Made by a program: the position numbers and the translations under genes. A stretch of DNA of 64,000 bases from Geobacteraceae bacterium (GTDB lineage: Bacteria > Desulfobacterota > Desulfuromonadia > Geobacterales > Geobacteraceae): NCBI GenBank assembly GCA_036677645.1, contig JAVBWB010000017.1, forward strand, positions 107,381 to 171,380, read 5' to 3'. The notes beneath the pieces are model-generated. The model had not been told where the DNA came from. It did not search any database and saw only the letters and a list, made by a program, of their open reading frames with translations. Every line of letters begins with the position of its first letter. Position 1 is the stretch's first letter. Shown piece by piece: positions 50,142 to 59,812 of this stretch.

Positions 50142-52106
50142 ATGCTTACCGAGTATCCGTACATCATGCGTCTCACCCGTGAATACGAGAAACGGATGAA
50201 ACACATACCGTTTCTCAATATCGATTCGCTCCTGATCCCTTCCCCCTTTGCCCGGGAAAAGGAACTGGACATCGATTACGAACACAGCTATGTCTGGGAC
50301 GAAGAGGGAGAACTGCTGGGCTATTTTCTCATCTACTCGAACCCCGAAAAGACCCGTTTCCACCTCTACAAGCAAGTGACAAGCCCGTTCGGGCGCGGCA
50401 AGGGGATCGGTTCGGCATTCATCGACAGGCTGGTGCAGGATATGCCTGCGGAGTCGTACATATACCTCTATGTCTGGGAAAAACTGACCGACTCGGTCGA
50501 CTTTTTCCTCAGCAAGGGTTTTTCCCATGAAGGGTCGCTCGTCTACCGGAAGATGAAGTTCTACATGATGTCCGCACATGCCGGGCGCATCCGTGAAGTG
50601 ATCACCACGCAGAAGGCAAAGAGCATTCCCATCGCGGAGGAACTGGGGAAAGTGCGCCATGATGCGATCAAGACGCTCAAGGTCATTTTCGACATGACGT
50701 CCATGCTGTCCGTGGACAACTTCAACAAGACGATTGAAGACATAACCAGGGAGACGACCGCGCTGCTCAACACGCTCAACATGTACGAGGACAACATCTC
50801 CGTCTATCATGAGGTGCACCTGAAAGAGCTCATCACCGAACGCGTGATTCCGTTCATCGAATCTTCCGGCATCCCCTGTGAAACCCGGCTGATCCTCGGT
50901 TCCAAGATCCCCCCGGTGATCGGCAACTATGTGAACGTGAGCCGGGCGCTGATCAACATGGTATCCAACTCGCTGGATGCGATCAGGGCAGCGGACCGGA
51001 ACGGCGTGATCGAGATCAGCATGGAAGAGAACAACGGCACGGTGTATCTCTCCATCAGTGACAACGGCGTGGGCATCGCCGCGGACAGGCTTGAAAAAGG
51101 TCCCGACATGCTCCCTCTCTTCGTGGGCAAAACCACGAAGAAGAGGAAATCGGGCACGGGAATCGGTACCCGCCAGGTCTACTCCACCTTCGGCCCGGCA
51201 AACATCGACATCGAAAGCCGGGTGGGCGAATACACTAAATGGACCGTAACCCTCAGAAAAAGCAGCCGCCAGGACACGACCGTCCTCACCGAACTGGAAA
51301 ACCGCTACACCGAGCTGACCAAGGCTACGGAAACGATCGGCCTGAACGATGGCAGCTCAAGAACCGAGATCTCCGCCTTCATCTGGCAGCTGCGGCAGAT
51401 CGAGATCTTCTGCTACGATCTCGTTTACCACTTCAGCAGGTACAACAATGTCCGCGATATCTACCGCGATATCCTCGCCTACCGCTATGGCGGCCAGGAC
51501 CACGCGTTTCTCAGGGCTGAAATCGGCAAATGCAGGGTCGACAACGAAATAATCAAGACCTGGCTCCTGGGGATCGTCAAAAGGATCCGGCGCAACGAAA
51601 ACTTCATCCTGCACCGCTTCGACTACGACGACTACAAGGGAATCCTGTTCAAGAGTTACGGCCAAGCCATCGACCGGACCATCATATTCACCATCGACCC
51701 CGCGAACGGGCGCTTTTACGCAACCGACCGGAAACTGGCGGAACACCTGGACTTCATCCAGTTCCTGGGTGGCGAGCGCGACCAGCTGCTCCGGGGAGAA
51801 TTCTCCGGAGATGTGAAAAACCTGACAAGCCCAGTCCATATGGGTGTCTGGTCGGTGAAAAACCGTGATGATCTGATCCAGAAGCTCAAGCTCCTGCGGC
51901 AGGGGGCCGGCCAGCTCCTGAAGATGGGGCTGGGAAGGGAAAAACACCTGGTTTTCTACGCAACTACCTACAACCAGTGCGATTGCGACGTGAATACATT
52001 CACAACTTTGACCCTGGCTGAAATGGCCTTTCTACCCGACAGCCAGCTGGACCGGCTTGTGACATCGTCGGACACCGAGCTGCAGGGGCTGGTCTTTTCC
52101 GATTGA
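50142..52106 (+). CDS. GNAT acetyltransferase / histidine-kinase-type ATPase fusion protein with unknown C-terminal domain
   Basis: The N-terminal GNAT has motif A (SPFGRGKGIGSAFIDRL). It is followed by an H-box-like VRHDAIKTL. The HATPase_c domain has N-box NMVSNSLDAIRAA, G1 SDNGVGI and G2 GTGIGTRQV. The remaining approximately 280 aa have no recognisable motif. Confidence 0.75.
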   Translation: MLTEYPYIMRLTREYEKRMKHIPFLNIDSLLIPSPFAREKELDIDYEHSYVWDEEGELLGYFLIYSNPEKTRFHLYKQVTSPFGRGKGIGSAFIDRLVQDMPAESYIYLYVWEKLTDSVDFFLSKGFSHEGSLVYRKMKFYMMSAHAGRIREVITTQKAKSIPIAEELGKVRHDAIKTLKVIFDMTSMLSVDNFNKTIEDITRETTALLNTLNMYEDNISVYHEVHLKELITERVIPFIESSGIPCETRLILGSKIPPVIGNYVNVSRALINMVSNSLDAIRAADRNGVIEISMEENNGTVYLSISDNGVGIAADRLEKGPDMLPLFVGKTTKKRKSGTGIGTRQVYSTFGPANIDIESRVGEYTKWTVTLRKSSRQDTTVLTELENRYTELTKATETIGLNDGSSRTEISAFIWQLRQIEIFCYDLVYHFSRYNNVRDIYRDILAYRYGGQDHAFLRAEIGKCRVDNEIIKTWLLGIVKRIRRNENFILHRFDYDDYKGILFKSYGQAIDRTIIFTIDPANGRFYATDRKLAEHLDFIQFLGGERDQLLRGEFSGDVKNLTSPVHMGVWSVKNRDDLIQKLKLLRQGAGQLLKMGLGREKHLVFYATTYNQCDCDVNTFTTLTLAEMAFLPDSQLDRLVTSSDTELQGLVFSD

Positions 52107-52145
52107 ACGTCCTGCGGGAACGGGAAAGCCGCCTCAAACTGGTCT

Positions 52146-53684
52146 TCACGCCGCGGCGAAGTGGCGGGCAATCGCATCTGCAAAAGCCTCGATAGTCGGA
52201 ACGTCCGGTTCAACATCCACCCGAAGGCCGAGATCGCGGCAGGAATTCGATGTTACGGGTCCTATGGAGGCGACCGCGACCCCCTGCAGCAGATGGATCA
52301 GGCGGTTTTCACCCACTATGGACGCCAAGTTGACGACCGTGGATGACGAAGTAAACGTGACACAGTGTATGCGCCGCTCCTCAAGCGCATCGAGGACCTC
52401 TTCAGGGAGAGAGTCCGGCGCAACGGTACGATAGCTGACCGGCGCGGAAACTTCCATCCCCATGCGGCCCAATCCGGTGGCGACGACATCCCGGGCGCGA
52501 TCCCCTTTCGGACAAAGCGCTTTCATTCCCGACACTTCCATCCGTCCGAACGCATCCACCAGGCCTTCGGCATGGTACCCCGTGGGGAGCAGATCGGGCC
52601 TGATGCCGAAATCAGCGAGCTTTTCGGCGGTCTTCGGCCCGACGGCAGCCACCCTGCAGCTTCCCAGAGCCCTGCTGTCCAACCCCTGTGCGTTCAGCCT
52701 GTCGAAGAAGCAGCCGACACCGTTCGCCGAAGTGAACACAACCCAGTCGAACCCGGACAGGGAGCGAATGTGGCGGTCGAGGTCGGCAAAGCTTTCCGGA
52801 GGGATGACGTTGATGGTCGGGCACGGGTAAACGTGCGCCCCGCGGTCGCTGAGAAGCCTGGCGAAGGGACCGGCCTGTCCGGCGCTGCGGGTGACCATGA
52901 TCCCCCTGCCGAACAGCGGACGGGAATCGAACCAGCGCAGCCTGTCGCGCAGGCGCACCACCTCGCCGACCACGGTTATGGCCGGGGCTTTGAAGCCTGC
53001 TTTCCTCGCCTTGTCCCCGATGTCGGAGAGAGTGCCTTCAAGAACCTCCTGCTCGGGCCGGGTTCCCCAGCGGATGAGCGCAACCGGGGTATCCGGGGCT
53101 CTGCCGTTGTCCAGGAGATTGGCGGTAATCTGCGGGAGGTTCTTCATCCCCATGTAGAACACCAGGGTACCGCTGCCGACGGAAAGCTTCTCCCAGTCTA
53201 TCGCCGAAGACTCCTTGCCCGGGCTTTCGTGGCCGGTAACGAAAGCAACCGATGCGGTAAAGTTCCGGTGGGTGAGCGGAATCCCGGCATAAGCCGCCGC
53301 TCCGATGCCTGCGGTGACGCCCGGCACGATTTCAAAGGGTATCCCGGCCTCGACCAATGCCTCGCATTCCTCCCCGCCCCGGCCGAAGATGAACGGATCC
53401 CCTCCCTTGAGACGGGCCACGATCCTCCCCTGACGCGCTTTTTCAACGAGCATCTCGTTGATCTGGCTCTGCTCCCGGTTGTGGGCGCCCCCGACCTTGC
53501 CGGCATAGACCAGCTCGGCTTCCGGCCTGGCATGATCCAGAAGTGACTTGCTGGCCAGGTAGTCGTACATGATCACATCCGCCAACCCGATGCATTCCAG
53601 CCCGCGCACCGTAATCAGGCCGGGGTCGCCGGGACCTGCGCCAATGAGATAAACGTAGCCGATTTGTCCGGTTTTCAAATTCAT
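52146..53684 (-). CDS. cobA/hemD: Bifunctional uroporphyrinogen-III C-methyltransferase / uroporphyrinogen-III synthase
   Basis: The N-terminal SUMT has [18 protein letters not shown], and the C-terminal half is HemD-like. The start is set at MNLKTGQ because the longer ORF overlaps hemC. Confidence 0.88.
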   Translation of the reverse strand: MNLKTGQIGYVYLIGAGPGDPGLITVRGLECIGLADVIMYDYLASKSLLDHARPEAELVYAGKVGGAHNREQSQINEMLVEKARQGRIVARLKGGDPFIFGRGGEECEALVEAGIPFEIVPGVTAGIGAAAYAGIPLTHRNFTASVAFVTGHESPGKESSAIDWEKLSVGSGTLVFYMGMKNLPQITANLLDNGRAPDTPVALIRWGTRPEQEVLEGTLSDIGDKARKAGFKAPAITVVGEVVRLRDRLRWFDSRPLFGRGIMVTRSAGQAGPFARLLSDRGAHVYPCPTINVIPPESFADLDRHIRSLSGFDWVVFTSANGVGCFFDRLNAQGLDSRALGSCRVAAVGPKTAEKLADFGIRPDLLPTGYHAEGLVDAFGRMEVSGMKALCPKGDRARDVVATGLGRMGMEVSAPVSYRTVAPDSLPEEVLDALEERRIHCVTFTSSSTVVNLASIVGENRLIHLLQGVAVASIGPVTSNSCRDLGLRVDVEPDVPTIEAFADAIARHFAAA

Positions 53685-53742
53685 TCTTTCACACCATCCA
53701 CGTGTAAGTTCCCTTCCGGGAAGAAAGACCTGGCAGGTCTCA

Positions 53743-54675
53743 TCACAGTTCCTTCCCATACACCTCTTTCAGAATTTCCCGTCCGCCCTGGTCAAGGAGC
53801 TGATCGGCAAGTGCGGAACCCAGAGCCTCGAAACGCTCCGCCGGGCCGCCGATGGTTCCCCTTACCGTTCTTTGGCCGTCCACCGAGCCGATGAACGCGG
53901 CAAGCCGCAGTCCGCCGCCGGACATTTCAGCATGGGCGGCTATGGGCACCTGGCAACCGCCTTCGCACCGGAGGAGAAACGAACGCTCAGCACCCACACA
54001 GAACGCGGTCACCGGATCATTGAGGAAGGAAACCACCTCCATGGTGGCCGTGTCGTCGAGCCGGCACTCTATCCCCAACGCTCCCTGTCCGATTGCGGGC
54101 AGCGACAATGCAGGCGGAAGATATTCAACCACCAAATCGGCGAAACCGAGACGCTTCAAGCCTGCGGCTGCCAGTATCACCGCGTCGAGCTTCTCCGACT
54201 CCATCTTCCTGATGCGGCTCTCCACGTTGCCGCGGACGACAACCATCGACAGGTCCGGCCTGACGGCCAGCAACTGCGCCTGCCGCCTGAGAGCGCTGGT
54301 GCCGATCCGCGCCCCCTTGGGCAAATCCGCGAAGGCGACCCCGCGCGAGACCAGGGCATCCCGGGGGTCCTCCCGGGCGGTGATGCAGGCAAGCCCCAGG
54401 CCGGGGGGAAATTCCGTCGGCACATCCTTCATGCTGTGCACGGCGATGTCGATCTCGCCGCGCATCATCGCCTCTTCGATCTCCTTGACGAACAGGCCCT
54501 TGCCTCCGACCCTGGCCAGGGGGACATCCAGGATCATGTCGCCGGAAGTCTTGATCGTATTCAGGGATATCTCGCATTCCGGATACCGTTCGATTATCCG
54601 GGCGCGCACCCATTCGGCCTGCCAGAGCGCCAGCCGGCTGCCGCGGGTGCCTATTGTCAGCCGCTTCAACGTCAT
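53743..54675 (-). CDS. hemC: Hydroxymethylbilane synthase (porphobilinogen deaminase)
   Basis: LTIGTRGSRLALWQA, GGKGLFVKEIE and RGNVESR motifs. Confidence 0.95.
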   Translation of the reverse strand: MTLKRLTIGTRGSRLALWQAEWVRARIIERYPECEISLNTIKTSGDMILDVPLARVGGKGLFVKEIEEAMMRGEIDIAVHSMKDVPTEFPPGLGLACITAREDPRDALVSRGVAFADLPKGARIGTSALRRQAQLLAVRPDLSMVVVRGNVESRIRKMESEKLDAVILAAAGLKRLGFADLVVEYLPPALSLPAIGQGALGIECRLDDTATMEVVSFLNDPVTAFCVGAERSFLLRCEGGCQVPIAAHAEMSGGGLRLAAFIGSVDGQRTVRGTIGGPAERFEALGSALADQLLDQGGREILKEVYGKEL

Positions 54676-54784
54676 CAGTCAATTCTCCAAGGGAAACGGT
54701 TCAAACATCTTCCCGCCATTGAACCGGCACAAGGCGCCGGGCACGAGGAAACACTTCGGGAAATATATTTTCCACATTTTGCCC

Positions 54785-56098
54785 TTATTCATCCTGATCC
54801 AGCTCCAGCATCTCCTCGTCCTTCCCGGCCGGTTCGGTCTGCAGGTCGAACAGGCTCCTGAGGGCATCCAGGTAGAGATCGATCCGGTTCCCCTGGCCGG
54901 TGTGCTTCAAAACGCTGATGGGATTGTGGAGAAGCTTGGAGATCATGGCAGCGGTCATGGCCTCGATGCGCTTTTCATGCTCCGGGGAAACGCCTTTCCA
55001 GGCCGCCAGGGTCCGCTCCACTTCCCCACGCACGATCTCGTCGAAGCGGGAACGGAGCGCCACGATGGTGGGAACCACCTCCAGCGAGGAAAGCCAGGAG
55101 AGGAAACGGTCCGCTTCCAGAGCCACAATTTCCTCCGCCTTCGCCGCTTCCTTCAGCCGCTGCTCGCGGTTGGACTCCACCACGCCCTGAAGGTCATCGG
55201 TGTTGTACAGGTAGACGTTTTCCAGATCGTTCACCTCCGGCGCAATATCCCGCGGTACGGCGATGTCTATGAAAAACATCGGCCGCTGCTTCCTGCGACG
55301 GATCACTTCCGCCACGTCCTTCGGGCCGATGATGAGATGGGGGGAGCCGGTGGAAGACAGGATTATGTCCGCCTTGTGGAGATGATCGAACAGGTCATCG
55401 AAGCGGATCGCCCTGCCGCCGAGTTCCTCGGCCAGCCGTTCCCCGCGCTCGAAGGTGCGGTTGGCGACCAGCAGCCCGCGGACACCGCCGGCAAGGAAAT
55501 GTTTCGCGGCCAACTCTCCCATCTCTCCTGCCCCGATCAGAAGCACTGTCTTGTCCGTGAGGTCGTCAAAGATCTTTTTCGCCAACTCCACCGCGGCAAA
55601 GGCGATCGAGACTGCCGACGAAGCTATCCGCGTCTCGGTGCGGACACGCTTGGCAACGAAAAAAGCCTTGTGGAGGAACCGGTTCAGAACCAGGCCGGAT
55701 GTGCCGTATTCCGCCGCAAAACCATATGCGGCCTTCACCTGGCCGAGGACCTGGGGTTCGCCGACCACCAGCGAATCCAGGCTGGCGGCTACGCGGAACA
55801 CGTGACGGATCGAGTTGTCGCCATGGTAGCCGTACAGATACGGCGCCACCTCATCGTAAGGAAGTCCGTGCCAGTCCGCGAGGAATCGTTTGACCTTGGC
55901 GATGGCGCCGGCGATGTCCCGGGTTACCGCGTACACCTCTACCCGGTTACAGGTCGAAACGATGATCCCTTCACAAATTCCGGGAAGCGAAACCAAGGCG
56001 CTCAGCGGTTTCTCGATGCTGTTGGAATCGAACGAAAGTTTTTCCCGGATCTCTATGGGTGCGGTATGGTGGGATAACCCCACGACGATAATGTTCAT
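54785..56098 (-). CDS. hemA: Glutamyl-tRNA reductase
   Basis: [24 protein letters not shown] (catalytic Cys) and the GAGEMGE NADPH motif. Confidence 0.95.
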   Translation of the reverse strand: MNIIVVGLSHHTAPIEIREKLSFDSNSIEKPLSALVSLPGICEGIIVSTCNRVEVYAVTRDIAGAIAKVKRFLADWHGLPYDEVAPYLYGYHGDNSIRHVFRVAASLDSLVVGEPQVLGQVKAAYGFAAEYGTSGLVLNRFLHKAFFVAKRVRTETRIASSAVSIAFAAVELAKKIFDDLTDKTVLLIGAGEMGELAAKHFLAGGVRGLLVANRTFERGERLAEELGGRAIRFDDLFDHLHKADIILSSTGSPHLIIGPKDVAEVIRRRKQRPMFFIDIAVPRDIAPEVNDLENVYLYNTDDLQGVVESNREQRLKEAAKAEEIVALEADRFLSWLSSLEVVPTIVALRSRFDEIVRGEVERTLAAWKGVSPEHEKRIEAMTAAMISKLLHNPISVLKHTGQGNRIDLYLDALRSLFDLQTEPAGKDEEMLELDQDE

Positions 56099-56107
56099 GA
56101 GCTCGAT

Positions 56108-56923
56108 CTACCGATACCGGTGAAGCCCGGGCAGCCAGAGGTTCACCCCGATGAAGGTGAAAAGGAGGACACAGAATCCGACGATTGCCAGAATCGCGGC
56201 CTTCCTGCCGCGCCAGCCGGTGGTGAGCCTGCCGTGGAGGAGCGCCGCATAGATGAACCAGGTGATGAGCGACCAGGTTTCTTTCGGATCCCAGCTCCAG
56301 TAAGCCCCCCAGGCCGAATCAGCCCAGATCGCACCGGAAATGATGGCCACGGTCAGCAGCGGGAACCCTATGGTGAGGCACCGGTAGTTGATTTCGTCCA
56401 GGGTATCCAGCGAAGGAAGCCGCCGGTACAGGATCCCCAGCTTCTTCTTCTTCAGGTAGCGATCCTGGAGCAGGTACATGACACCGGCACAGAAGGCGAC
56501 GGTAAAGGCAGCATAGCCGCAAAAGGCAACTATCGTGTGGATGCCGAGCCAGCCGCTCCTGAGTGCGGGATTGAGAGGCGCTATCATCGACGGGAAGGAA
56601 GCCGAAGCAAGCATGAACACCAGGGCAAGGGGACTGACGAACGAGCCCAGGATCGCAACACGGTATTTCCTTGAAAACGCCAGAAAAACCCCCACGATGG
56701 CCAGGCTGAAGAACGACAGGGACTCGTGCATGGTGGTGATCGGCGTATAGCCTGCTTCAAGATAGCGGGTCACCGTTAGCAGGAGGTGAACAGCGAACCC
56801 CGCGGCCAATGTCCATCCGGCAACCCTGCCGGCGCGCGCCCCCGAGCTGAGCAGGGACACGAGGTAGAATACCGTCGCGGCGGAGTAAAGCACAAAAACT
56901 GCCACAAACAGGGATTCGATCAT
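56108..56923 (-). CDS. CcsA/HemX-like cytochrome c assembly-family membrane protein
   Basis: Polytopic membrane protein with the WGAYWSWDPKETWSLITW tryptophan-rich motif. It sits immediately upstream of hemA, as HemX does in B. subtilis hemAXCDBL. Confidence 0.8.
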   Translation of the reverse strand: MIESLFVAVFVLYSAATVFYLVSLLSSGARAGRVAGWTLAAGFAVHLLLTVTRYLEAGYTPITTMHESLSFFSLAIVGVFLAFSRKYRVAILGSFVSPLALVFMLASASFPSMIAPLNPALRSGWLGIHTIVAFCGYAAFTVAFCAGVMYLLQDRYLKKKKLGILYRRLPSLDTLDEINYRCLTIGFPLLTVAIISGAIWADSAWGAYWSWDPKETWSLITWFIYAALLHGRLTTGWRGRKAAILAIVGFCVLLFTFIGVNLWLPGLHRYR

Positions 56924-57594
56924 GCGATGTCCCCTCTGTCGATTCCCAGCTCACACAGGCTGAACCCCGGCCCGGCAACTTCACGCAGAAAACGGTCGAC
57001 CTCTTCCGCCGAACCATTCCGCAGCAGCCGCGGAAGCCCGCCGTTCACGAGATCGCGCATAATCTCCTTCCTGGCATGGGATCCCATCTTGAGCGTCAGG
57101 AGCTTTTCCCTGACAGCGCCCAGCACCCGCAACGCAGAGGCATATTCCGATCCGTATCGGCAGTCCAGCTCTTCCCTGATGGAACGTGCCACCAGCGGGC
57201 ACTTGCCCCCTGTGGACACAGTAATCAGCAAGTCTCCCCTCGCAACGATGGAAGGAGTGGCAAAATCTCCCCACTCGGGAGTATCGGCGATATTTGCCGG
57301 TATTCTCCGTTCCGCCGCCTCCTCGGCCACCGACCTGCTCACGGCCTTGTCGCCCGTGGCGGCGAAGACGAGAAAAGCCCCCGCCAGGTCGCCGCGCCGG
57401 TAGTCCCGCGCCAGATGCTCGATCACCCCGTTCGCCGACAGGTTGCGCAGTTCAGGGGAAAGGGAGGGGGCAATGATCACGACCCTCGCCCCGGCTTCCA
57501 GCAAGGTGCGGCACTTGCGCTCCGCAACGGCTCCTCCGCCGACGATTATGACCGGTTTTCCCCGGAGGTCGATATTGATCGGGTAATATTTCAT
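56920..57594 (-). CDS. Precorrin-2 dehydrogenase / sirohydrochlorin ferrochelatase (SirC/CysG N-terminal type)
   Basis: YPINIDLRGKPVIIVGGGAVAERKCRTLLEAGARV is the Rossmann motif of siroheme synthase N-domains. Confidence 0.85.
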   Translation of the reverse strand: MKYYPINIDLRGKPVIIVGGGAVAERKCRTLLEAGARVVIIAPSLSPELRNLSANGVIEHLARDYRRGDLAGAFLVFAATGDKAVSRSVAEEAAERRIPANIADTPEWGDFATPSIVARGDLLITVSTGGKCPLVARSIREELDCRYGSEYASALRVLGAVREKLLTLKMGSHARKEIMRDLVNGGLPRLLRNGSAEEVDRFLREVAGPGFSLCELGIDRGDIA

Positions 57595-57826
57595 GGCAGA
57601 TGTTCCTGCTGATTCGATCGGCAGCAGCCGTGCTCTCGGGCAATACTGCCGGTGGCGACAGGCCGCTGTAAGTCTACCACAGCCTGGGGGAACGCGGGCA
57701 AATGTTTTTCACCCGCGGCGACGGGAATGGCAAAACCTTGCCGGAGGCCAGTCCAGCCCCGGACATCCCGGCGACTACGTAAAAGGTTTGGGGGAATGGA
57801 TAGCCGGCATAGTTCGCCCCGGCAGC

Positions 57827-58003
57827 TCAGAAGTTTCCCCTTTCACCAATCCGTTGCCTGACGAGAAGCAGCAGCATATCGATCTCCTCGCAGGCTTTCT
57901 GCCAATGCTGTCTCTCGTGGCCGTCTTCGATATGCTTCCCGAGTGCGCGCATCCGATTGATTATGTCAGTGATTTCCGAAGTGACGACGTGTTCATGTTC
58001 CAT
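57827..58003 (-). CDS. Small hypothetical protein (58 aa)
   Basis: A GGGGGA SD lies 5 nt before the internal ATG (MEHEHVVTSEI...). It is His/Glu-rich with no recognisable family. Confidence 0.3.
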   Translation of the reverse strand: MEHEHVVTSEITDIINRMRALGKHIEDGHERQHWQKACEEIDMLLLLVRQRIGERGNF

Positions 58004-58149
58004 GACTTCCCCCTGATAGGTTGTACAGCACATGAAAATACCAAAATTTTGCATCGGCGTCCACCTGCTCTGGCCAAGCACGGGATTCCGGCATTTGATT
58101 CAACCGGATTTGGCGGGTTTCAAACGTGCGCAGCGAACCGTCAGGTTAA

Positions 58150-58770
58150 TCAAAACTCGCCCGGTCGGCACCGATTGACAGCTTCGACAACGTGGGGAAA
58201 CACCGTCTCAACCACGATTCGGTACCCTTCGGCCGTCGGATGGATGCCGTCCGCACGGTTCAGCGCCGGATCTCCCGCCACACCGTCCAAAAACGACGGA
58301 ATCAGGATTACACCCTCCTCCCGGGCGACATCGGAGTAGACCTGGGCGAAGAGCTGGTCGAAATCCCCCTTGCGCTTCTTCAGGTTCCGCATTCCAGCCA
58401 GCACTACGGTCACTCCATGCCCAACAAGTGCGCGGACGATGGCCTGGATGTTACGCTTCATCTCCTCCGGGGGAAGTCCGCGGAGGCCGTCGTTGGCGCC
58501 GGTCTGGAGGATGACGATAGTGGGCTTCTGCGCAAGGATTGAGTCGATGCGCGCCAGGGCCTCGCCGCTCTTTTCGCCGTTTATCCCGGCATTGATCACC
58601 CGGCAATCATTGCCCGCCAGCCGAAGTTTCCGCTCGAGGAGCGCCGGGTAGTTCTCGTCCGCGGCGACCCCGTAGCCGGCGGTCAGGCTGTCGCCGACAG
58701 CGATTATCGTTCCGCTGCCGGCTTCTTCCCGAATCGGGCGTGTTATGGCATCGGCATTATCGTTCTTCAT
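58150..58770 (-). CDS. GDSL/SGNH-family arylesterase (TesA-like)
   Basis: Block I is IIAVGDSLTAGYG, block III is GANDG, and block V is the DGIHP region. Confidence 0.85.
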   Translation of the reverse strand: MKNDNADAITRPIREEAGSGTIIAVGDSLTAGYGVAADENYPALLERKLRLAGNDCRVINAGINGEKSGEALARIDSILAQKPTIVILQTGANDGLRGLPPEEMKRNIQAIVRALVGHGVTVVLAGMRNLKKRKGDFDQLFAQVYSDVAREEGVILIPSFLDGVAGDPALNRADGIHPTAEGYRIVVETVFPHVVEAVNRCRPGEF

Positions 58771-58910
58771 AAAATATCCCCACCCTTTCTCTTTGTATCT
58801 TTATAGTATGGACAGAGATGTACCCCTTATCTTCCCATTAACCGGTATCTCCTGCCAAGAGCATTCGCGGGACGTGATTGACGATCGCGGATCACCCGCA
58901 ATGATTGCCG

Positions 58911-58939
58911 TTGACAGTCAGGTGCAAGTGTCGTAAATA
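58911..58939 (+). promoter_or_regulatory. Sigma-70-like promoter for the small secreted protein gene
   Basis: TTGACA (58911-58916), 17 nt, then TAAATA (58934-58939). This leaves a leader of about 120 nt. Confidence 0.45.
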
Positions 58940-59062
58940 CAATTGCTCACAGGGGAGAATATCACACTTCAGGGGAAAAAATCACCAAGCAGGCCGGAAT
59001 GCGAACCGTCAAATTAAGGGAATTGATTTTAACACGATGCAGTGAAAGGAGGTGATACGGAA

Positions 59063-59332
59063 ATGAAAAAGGTTCTTGTACTCACGATTGCCGGGGCATT
59101 CACTGTTGCCCTGGCAGGCCTGACCTTCGCGGAAACCATCACCCGGATCTCGGGCAACAGGATAACGGTCAGGGACAGCACGGGCAGGGAGAAAACCGTT
59201 GAGGGCCGTGCGAAAGGCTTCAAAGTCGGCGACAAGGTCAAGGTGAAAAACGGCCGGATATGGCTGGACCCGCAGCCCGAACCGCCTGACCCCAGGGCGA
59301 TGACCCTGCGGCCCTCAAGAATCCGGGGCTGA
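59063..59332 (+). CDS. Small secreted protein (possibly frameshifted; see findings)
   Basis: AAAGGAGGTGA SD, signal peptide MKKVLVLTIAGAFTVALAGLTFA, and a short beta-rich body. Confidence 0.55.
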   Translation: MKKVLVLTIAGAFTVALAGLTFAETITRISGNRITVRDSTGREKTVEGRAKGFKVGDKVKVKNGRIWLDPQPEPPDPRAMTLRPSRIRG

Positions 59333-59486
59333 AAAACAAGGCTCCCGCTTCTCCGGAAGCGCCACCCCCACCGCCACCTCCTCCGCCACCGGACAAACCG
59401 AAAATAAAGTGATTGATTTCAGGAGAATTCCCGCGCTTTAAGCCCGGAACTCGAACCATGGCGTTGCACGTCGCCACCGATGAATC

Positions 59487-59524
59487 GAAAAAACCCATCC
59501 TCGATGCCCGAAGATGGGTTTTTC
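59487..59524. terminator. Bidirectional intrinsic terminator (tRNA-Arg / small secreted protein gene)
   Basis: AAAAAACCCATC-loop-GATGGGTTTTT, with an A-run and a T-run on either side. Confidence 0.6.
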
Positions 59525-59542
59525 GTATTCATGCGTCATTAC

Positions 59543-59619
59543 TGGCGCGCCCGGAGGGATTCGAACCCCCGGCCGATGGCTTCGAAGGCCACTACTCTAT
59601 CCAGCTGAGCTACGGGCGC
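59543..59619 (-). tRNA. tRNA-Arg (anticodon UCG)
   Basis: The minus strand reads GCGCCCGTAGCTCAGCTGGATAGAGTAGTGGCCTTCGAAGCCATCGGCCGGGGGTTCGAATCCCTCCGGGCGCGCCA. The cloverleaf folds with anticodon loop CUUCGAA. Confidence 0.9.
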
Positions 59620-59812
59620 GTGCAAGATCCGGGGCACGATGCCTGGCGGCGTGGCTGCTGCCTTGTGTCCCGGCGCAACTGTATCCCATCTGGCGGAGAG
59701 AAATCAAGCACCATTTCCGCTGGCGATAATTGCATCAGCCACGTGCACATCGCCGTTTCCCCGCTATAATAAGGGTCATTACCGGTTCGAAAACAAAAGG
59801 AGGTAGAAACGC

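Noticed and set aside
53852-56077. 741-aa ORF on the plus strand (with the overlapping 329-aa ORF at 53872-54861)
   Set aside because: It is antisense to hemC and hemA, both of which have clear catalytic motifs. It is a Ser/Arg/Pro-rich shadow ORF.
57595-57826. Possible cobalamin or other riboswitch in the leader of the sirC-hemA operon
   Set aside because: Read on the minus strand, I could not find the B12 box (AGYCMGGAGACCKGCC-like) or the GGGAA/GGUG..AAUCC core. Only a vague CGCCACCGG resemblance is present, so I make no call.
59238-59498. 86-aa minus-strand ORF containing a poly-Gly run
   Set aside because: It is the reverse complement of the Pro-tract region and runs into the terminator region near tRNA-Arg. 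It is not a credible gene.
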